Of a DNA stretch of 64,000 nt, positions 58,966-64,000 are shown piece after piece (position 1 is the first letter of the stretch; each line of letters begins with the position of its first letter). The DNA is from an uncultured Dehalococcoidia bacterium (lineage in GTDB: Bacteria > Chloroflexota > Dehalococcoidia > UBA6926). The notes beneath the pieces were generated by a model. It had not been told where the DNA came from. It did not search any database and saw nothing but the letters and a program-made list of their open reading frames with translations. Both the position numbers and the translations under genes were made by a program. The stretch spans positions 8,884 through 72,883 of the forward strand of contig CAYOPL010000012.1 in assembly GCA_964405845.1 (NCBI GenBank), written 5' to 3'.

Positions 58966-59114
58966 CCCTTCGTAATGGTTGCCTACCGATGCTAGCACGG
59001 CGCAGGAAATCCCGACGCCCGTTCAAGGCAATTGGAATCACAGGCTAACAGCCGGCGCCCTACTGGACAGGCACGTCATTTCACCGGCAACCCGGTAATT
59101 GAAGGTGGAAACGA

Positions 59115-60890
59115 CTAGCTGTCCCGCTCCGGCACAAACTTCGCCCGCCGGTGGATACCCGTCGCGCCGCTGGGCCTGTTTCCCATCTGGGCCTCGATCT
59201 GCGGCGTCCCGTCAGCCTCGTAGCAGCGAACCCGCATGCTGTGGTTGCCCGACTCAAACGGCCAGTCGTATCGCCAGATCACCCAGGTTGTGTCTGAAAG
59301 CGGCTCGCGAAGCTGCGCCGGCTGCCACGCCCCGCTGTCCACGCTGACCTCAACGCGCGAGATTCCTCGTGCCCCGGCATAGGCGATGCCGCCAACCGGA
59401 ACCAGCGTCTGGCCGTCACGCTCAAAGACTGCTTGGTCAGAGATCGTGTCCACCACGGACGTCGCGCGTACCCGCGCCACCTCGTCCCAGTTCCGCGCAA
59501 CCCAATACCCCTCCGTGTACTCCTCCTGCACCGTCATATTGGTGATCCATTTCGGCTGCTTCATGCCGTAGCGATCCGGCAGCCAGATGCGAAGCGGAAA
59601 ACCGTGCTCGACGGGAATCGGCCTCTCGTCCCACGCATACGCCAGCATGATTCGCTCATCTTGGTCGATGAGTGCGAGGTCCACAATCTCGTGGAAACCG
59701 TCTCCGCTCTCGATGTTCACGTACCGCGCCCCCGGCAGCGGCTGAACATCCGCCAGGATGTCCTTGAAACTCGCCCCCGTCCACTGCGTCGTGCTGATCA
59801 GCGGACCGGCGACACGGTTCGAGATGCATGAGAGCGTGATGAATTGGCTGCGCGGCTCGTAATTGTCGCGGATGTTGTCAATCGACAACTCGACCGGATT
59901 CGCTACGAGGCCGCTGATGGGCAGCACCCAGGATGCCCCGTCGATAACCGTGGGTGTCGTCCGGATGAAGATACGATAGTGGTCTTCCACGGCGGTGTAC
60001 TCTGTCCGCGTGCCCGGCGCAGGCAGCACGGGATCTCCCTCGTTCGGGAAGGATGTAACGCCCCCCGCCATCAACTCCTCATCCACGCCTTCCGGCATGG
60101 TGATTGTTGACCCGCCGCTGCCCGCCCTGCCGATGAGATTTCCCGTCACTGATCCCGCGACCGTGATAACCGCCGCTGCGCCCCCGACACGAACGATGAA
60201 CTCACGGCGGTTCATGCCGCCATCCACGCCCCACGTCGGCTGCGCCGAAGCCTCCTGGTATTGCCGCGTGTGAACGACCGGAGTCGGCTCCGTGGCTCCT
60301 TCCATGTCCTCCAGCACGTCATCGGGAACCACTGGCTCAACCGGTGCATTGATATTGGCCGCCATCGGTGAGGGCAGAGGCTCTTCTACTGTGCGCGGCA
60401 GCACACCCTCCAGCACAACGCCGGCGGCATAGCCCCATGCGGCATACACTCCCATGATCCACACGATGCTCACCAGCGCGGGCAGCGTGGAGCCGCCAAT
60501 GGCAAGGGAAATAGATGCCACCGCCAACCCGGTGATGATTCCTACTACGAATGCGGCACGACGCAGGTCAACTGTAAGAACGGGGGCGATGAACGCCACA
60601 ACTGTAATCAGCGCCACGCCCATGCCAAAGAACTGCAGCAGTGCCATGGCCAACTCGGCCGTCTTCGCCGTATCTGCCACGTCCAGCCCGACAAGAATCA
60701 TCCCGTCGATGAACAGATCCAGTCCGAAAGTGATAAGCGGTCCCGGCAAGACACGAGTTATCCAGTCGAAGAGGTCATACGGAGGAAAGGGAAGCTCGAG
60801 AAGCTTGTTCGCCAAATAAAACAGCGCCATCAATGGCGCCGTTACCATCACTCCTGCTGCAGCTCCGCCGACTATTCGTGACCAGGGCAT
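59115..60890 (-). CDS. Polytopic sulfite-oxidase-family molybdopterin oxidoreductase
   Basis: TLSCISN (Mo-ligating Cys), WTG, HGFPLR, YGMKQPKW, GYW, GISRVEVS; N-terminal TM helices and internal RREF. Confidence 0.9.
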   Translation of the reverse strand: MPWSRIVGGAAAGVMVTAPLMALFYLANKLLELPFPPYDLFDWITRVLPGPLITFGLDLFIDGMILVGLDVADTAKTAELAMALLQFFGMGVALITVVAFIAPVLTVDLRRAAFVVGIITGLAVASISLAIGGSTLPALVSIVWIMGVYAAWGYAAGVVLEGVLPRTVEEPLPSPMAANINAPVEPVVPDDVLEDMEGATEPTPVVHTRQYQEASAQPTWGVDGGMNRREFIVRVGGAAAVITVAGSVTGNLIGRAGSGGSTITMPEGVDEELMAGGVTSFPNEGDPVLPAPGTRTEYTAVEDHYRIFIRTTPTVIDGASWVLPISGLVANPVELSIDNIRDNYEPRSQFITLSCISNRVAGPLISTTQWTGASFKDILADVQPLPGARYVNIESGDGFHEIVDLALIDQDERIMLAYAWDERPIPVEHGFPLRIWLPDRYGMKQPKWITNMTVQEEYTEGYWVARNWDEVARVRATSVVDTISDQAVFERDGQTLVPVGGIAYAGARGISRVEVSVDSGAWQPAQLREPLSDTTWVIWRYDWPFESGNHSMRVRCYEADGTPQIEAQMGNRPSGATGIHRRAKFVPERDS

Positions 60891-60935
60891 CGCTAACTCC
60901 TAATTCTTACCCCCAATAATACTCCCCGTGCCAAC

Positions 60936-61895
60936 CTATGCGGCCAGACGCTGATCCTCCTCCAGCGCCCCTTCGAGTGCGCGAATCGCCACCTCAATCT
61001 GGTCGTCGTCTGGCTGCCGGGTTGTCAGTGCTTGCAAGAGCAGATTCGGCCAGATGATTGCCTTCACGAGAATGTTGTTGGCGTGGAACCCGCTGAATCG
61101 GATGATCTCGTAGCTCAGCCCCGCAATCAGAGGCAGCACAACGATCCGCGAGATGACGCGGTCCACCAACCCGGGCGGCGTCCAAAACACGTGAACGATG
61201 ATCGCGACCACCAGTACAACGAGGATGAACGCCGTCCCACACCGCGGATGTGCCGTTCCAAATTGGCGAATCGAAGCCACGTCCAGCGGCTGACCGTGTT
61301 CCCGCGCATGAATCGTCATATGCTCCGCGCCGTGATAAGCAAATACGCGCCGTATATCCGGCATCAGCCCGATCAGCCCGATGTACCCCACGAACATCAG
61401 AAGGCGAATCCCACCCTCGATCACGTTGCTCCAGATATTGGTCGTGTCCAGCCATGAATCAAGCAGCCGCGTCGCGAAGACCGGCGTTGCAAAGAAGATC
61501 GCGATGGCCAGCAGCAGGCTGATACCCACTGAACTGGCAACCGCCCATGATGACAAGCCGCCCGACCCCATGTCGGTATCCTCTTCACCTTCCTCTGAGG
61601 CCGTGTCTCGGTCCGGAGATTTCTTGTTGTCCTCCTCGGAGGCAACGTTGGCGGAGAAAATCAGTGCCCGGGTTCCTACCACGAGCATCTCGCTCAGGAC
61701 AATCACGCCCCGAACGAACGGAATGCGACGAATCGTTCGCGCCCAGCGCCAACCGATAGGCTGTGTTTCGACAAGAATCTCGCCATTGGGGCGGCGCACT
61801 GCCATGCTCACGCATCTCTGACCGCGAATCATGACGCCCTCAATGAGCGCCTGACCCCCATACGTGTTCGATGTGGGCTGTCCCGCCTCAGTCAT
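60936..61895 (-). CDS. DUF1385 family membrane protein
   Basis: YGGQALIEGVM, PFVRG, FAYHGAEH, HPRCGT, QALTTRQP..QIEVA. Confidence 0.92.
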   Translation of the reverse strand: MTEAGQPTSNTYGGQALIEGVMIRGQRCVSMAVRRPNGEILVETQPIGWRWARTIRRIPFVRGVIVLSEMLVVGTRALIFSANVASEEDNKKSPDRDTASEEGEEDTDMGSGGLSSWAVASSVGISLLLAIAIFFATPVFATRLLDSWLDTTNIWSNVIEGGIRLLMFVGYIGLIGLMPDIRRVFAYHGAEHMTIHAREHGQPLDVASIRQFGTAHPRCGTAFILVVLVVAIIVHVFWTPPGLVDRVISRIVVLPLIAGLSYEIIRFSGFHANNILVKAIIWPNLLLQALTTRQPDDDQIEVAIRALEGALEEDQRLAA

Positions 61896-61928
61896 TGCTG
61901 TGCGGCGACCGTGTAGCGAAAGTTAAAC

Positions 61929-62156
61929 CTAACCGCCCTGTCGCCCTTGCTGCTGCGTAGCTTGCGCATAGCGTCGGCGCAGCCGCTCAACGCGACCCAG
62001 CGTATCGACAATGCGCTGCTGCCCCGTGAAGAACGGATGGCACTTATTGCACACGTCCACGCGAATCTCGGGCGTCGTTGCTCCCGTCGTCCAAGAGTTC
62101 CCGCACGCGCATGTTACTTGTGTCTGGTAGTACTCAGGGTGAATTCCCGGCTTCAT
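61929..62156 (-). CDS. rpmE: 50S ribosomal protein L31 (Zn-binding type)
   Basis: [23 protein letters not shown]. Confidence 0.97.
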   Translation of the reverse strand: MKPGIHPEYYQTQVTCACGNSWTTGATTPEIRVDVCNKCHPFFTGQQRIVDTLGRVERLRRRYAQATQQQGRQGG

Positions 62157-62186
62157 GGTTATGCTCTCCGCAAGTGAAAGGCGTGG

Positions 62187-62447
62187 CTACGCCTCGACAG
62201 GATAGACACTCACGCGCTTCTTGGCGCGCGTCTGGTGCTCGAACTTGACCGTGCCGTCAATCAGGGAATACAGCGTGAAATCACGACCGCGTCCGACGTT
62301 GGTTCCCTCAAAGATCTTTGTCCCGCGCTGCCGCAGGATGATCGTCCCGGCCCGCACGGTCTCGCCGTCGTAGCGCTTAACGCCCAACCGCTGCCCCTGG
62401 CTGTCACGGCCGTTTCGAGTGGTTCCGCCGCCCTTCTTATGCGCCAT
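62187..62447 (-). CDS. rpmA: 50S ribosomal protein L27
   Basis: [26 protein letters not shown]. Confidence 0.97.
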   Translation of the reverse strand: MAHKKGGGTTRNGRDSQGQRLGVKRYDGETVRAGTIILRQRGTKIFEGTNVGRGRDFTLYSLIDGTVKFEHQTRAKKRVSVYPVEA

Positions 62448-62470
62448 TGCTGTTTATCCTTTTTCGCTGG

Positions 62471-62788
62471 CTAGGCGGAAACGATTTCCCGCACGAGCAG
62501 TTCCGTGATTGGCTGCCGATGTCCGCGCTTGCGTCGATACCGCACCTTGGACTTGTACTTGAAGACGACAATCTTCTTGTCCTTGCCCTGCTTCTCGACC
62601 TCCGCTATTACCTTCGCCCCTTCAATCGTTGGTGTTCCAACGGCGATGTCCTCGTCGTTGGTGATCATCAGAACCTGGTCAAGCTCAATGAGCTCCCCTT
62701 CCTCGGCGTCGAGCTTCTCCACGGAAACCCGCTGGCCGGGGGACACGCGATATTGCTTGCCGCCCGTCTGGACGATTGCGTAGTTGAT
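62471..62788 (-). CDS. rplU: 50S ribosomal protein L21 (probable ATC start)
   Basis: [32 protein letters not shown]. Confidence 0.95.
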   Translation of the reverse strand: MNYAIVQTGGKQYRVSPGQRVSVEKLDAEEGELIELDQVLMITNDEDIAVGTPTIEGAKVIAEVEKQGKDKKIVVFKYKSKVRYRRKRGHRQPITELLVREIVSA

Positions 62789-62875
62789 GGAAACACCTCG
62801 TAGATTGTGTGGCGAAAGTGGCATCAATCATACGTGCCGTCCCCGCCTTCGGTCAAGAAGACAGCCCGATTATTC

Positions 62876-63451
62876 CTACCTGACGCTCCACCACTTAACA
62901 GGGTTGTCCATGTCCAGCTCCTCCAGCGTTTCAAGCCGGATGATGCGGACTTTCGGATCCTCCCCGCGATTCAACTCCAGCAGCCCCACTGTCCCGACAA
63001 GATGATCCAGGTTGTGGGGCAGGGTGGGGCTTCCCGGATTCACGCACAGCACGTCCTTGACCTTAACGACTTCCTCCGTGTGCGTGTCGCCAAAGACGAT
63101 GATGTCCACGGCCCGTCCGAACTCGTGACCCATCACGGACTCAATCGTCCGATGCGGCGGAAACTCCGGGATTGCCAGCCCGTGCGTCAGTCCGATGGAG
63201 AAACCCTCGACCTCCATCACCCGTGTCCGTTCGATGCGCGGATCTGTGATTTTGCGAAAAAAATCACCGTTCCCCTCGCACGCGTACACGGGCGCGGCGC
63301 GTTCGAGGTCATCGAGGCATGAAGGACTGTAGATATCACCTGCGTGGAGGATGAATTCTGCCCCCGCGCCGGTGAAAACCTCCAACGCGCTCTCCGGCAA
63401 TGCCAACGGCGCCTCCGGCACGTGTGTATCGGAGATCATGCCGATGATCAA
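62876..63451 (-). CDS. Metallophosphoesterase (YfcE/Vps29-like)
   Basis: ISDTH, HAGD, GNGD, THG, FGDTH, NPGS. Confidence 0.88.
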   Translation of the reverse strand: MIIGMISDTHVPEAPLALPESALEVFTGAGAEFILHAGDIYSPSCLDDLERAAPVYACEGNGDFFRKITDPRIERTRVMEVEGFSIGLTHGLAIPEFPPHRTIESVMGHEFGRAVDIIVFGDTHTEEVVKVKDVLCVNPGSPTLPHNLDHLVGTVGLLELNRGEDPKVRIIRLETLEELDMDNPVKWWSVR

Positions 63452-63463
63452 AAGGTGGCCCCG

Positions 63464-64000
63464 TTACTTCCTGAGAGCGACGCGCGCGTCCTTCTCACCA
63501 ACAACTATCCGGGACACACCCAAAAGCACAACATCACGCAGCAGCGAGTGCAGTGCCATATCGTCATCCGCCAATTGAAGGAGGGAATCGATTGCCGCTG
63601 AGGCGCTCCCGTGTGTTCGTGTCGCGTCCCGTAGCCGGCCCGCCTCGTGGAATAGCAGCTGCGCTGCCGACCGAATATCCTGCGCTGGGGTTCGGCCCTT
63701 CGCCGCCTCTCTGGCCAGGTTGCTTATCCGCAGATCGACCGCTGCCTCAATCCGCGAGGCAATACCGTCCAGGCCGACCCGTGCCAACACCGCTGCGTCC
63801 AGTTCTCGTGCCCGCCGTGTGTGATATGAACAACGCCCCTGGTTAGTCGCGGCCTCGCACTGGTAGTACCGGTACGTGTTGGAACCGGAAGACCCGTCGT
63901 TGCGTGTCCATGATTGGCGGCGTGTCACGCCCACCATATTGCTGCCGCATGAGCCGCAAATTGCCGTGCCGGACAAGAGATACGGCCTTCCGGCCCCGTA
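63464..64000 (-). CDS. Large serine recombinase family protein, C-terminal part (runs off the window)
   Basis: YLLSG..ICGSCGSNM ... YRYYQC...C zinc ribbon; frame open to the window edge. Confidence 0.75.
   Translation of the reverse strand, partial: YGAGRPYLLSGTAICGSCGSNMVGVTRRQSWTRNDGSSGSNTYRYYQCEAATNQGRCSYHTRRARELDAAVLARVGLDGIASRIEAAVDLRISNLAREAAKGRTPAQDIRSAAQLLFHEAGRLRDATRTHGSASAAIDSLLQLADDDMALHSLLRDVVLLGVSRIVVGEKDARVALRK

Overview
This is a gene-dense, roughly 60% GC bacterial chromosomal segment of mostly housekeeping and energy genes. Gene content (11-subunit complex I, DUF2298/TIGR03663 pair, plant-like HisG, MacAB without TolC) suggests Chloroflexota, probably Dehalococcoidia/SAR202-like; this is inference. 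In order it contains: a solute-binding lipoprotein plus TorS-like histidine kinase; tRNA-Thr and tRNA-Glu; a PHP/DinG/OGG1 DNA-repair cluster; a CCA-adding enzyme; a glutaredoxin/thioredoxin pair; a MacAB-type exporter; hisC-hisB; purSC; two Yip1 proteins; tatA/tatC/tatB; a complex I cluster lacking nuoEFG with nuoM moved in front of nuoA; birA-hisG-hisD-ftsY running into a putative GT-C glycosylation cluster; ridA, a MidA-like methyltransferase and korBA; tRNA-Ser-miaB; a membrane-bound sulfite-oxidase-family enzyme; rpmE-rpmA-rplU; and a truncated serine recombinase. I saw no CRISPR array, rRNA or intact mobile element. The most notable observations are: a NuoI tail with three exactly 45-aa-periodic charged repeats on a headless complex I; an orphan tandem HicB-fold gene directly after nuoN; a perfect 26-bp palindrome upstream of an unknown exported protein; an apparent ATC start codon for rplU; a C33 tRNA-Glu; a His-less Rieske-like protein; and several leaderless genes. 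All family assignments come from motif recognition, not database searches.
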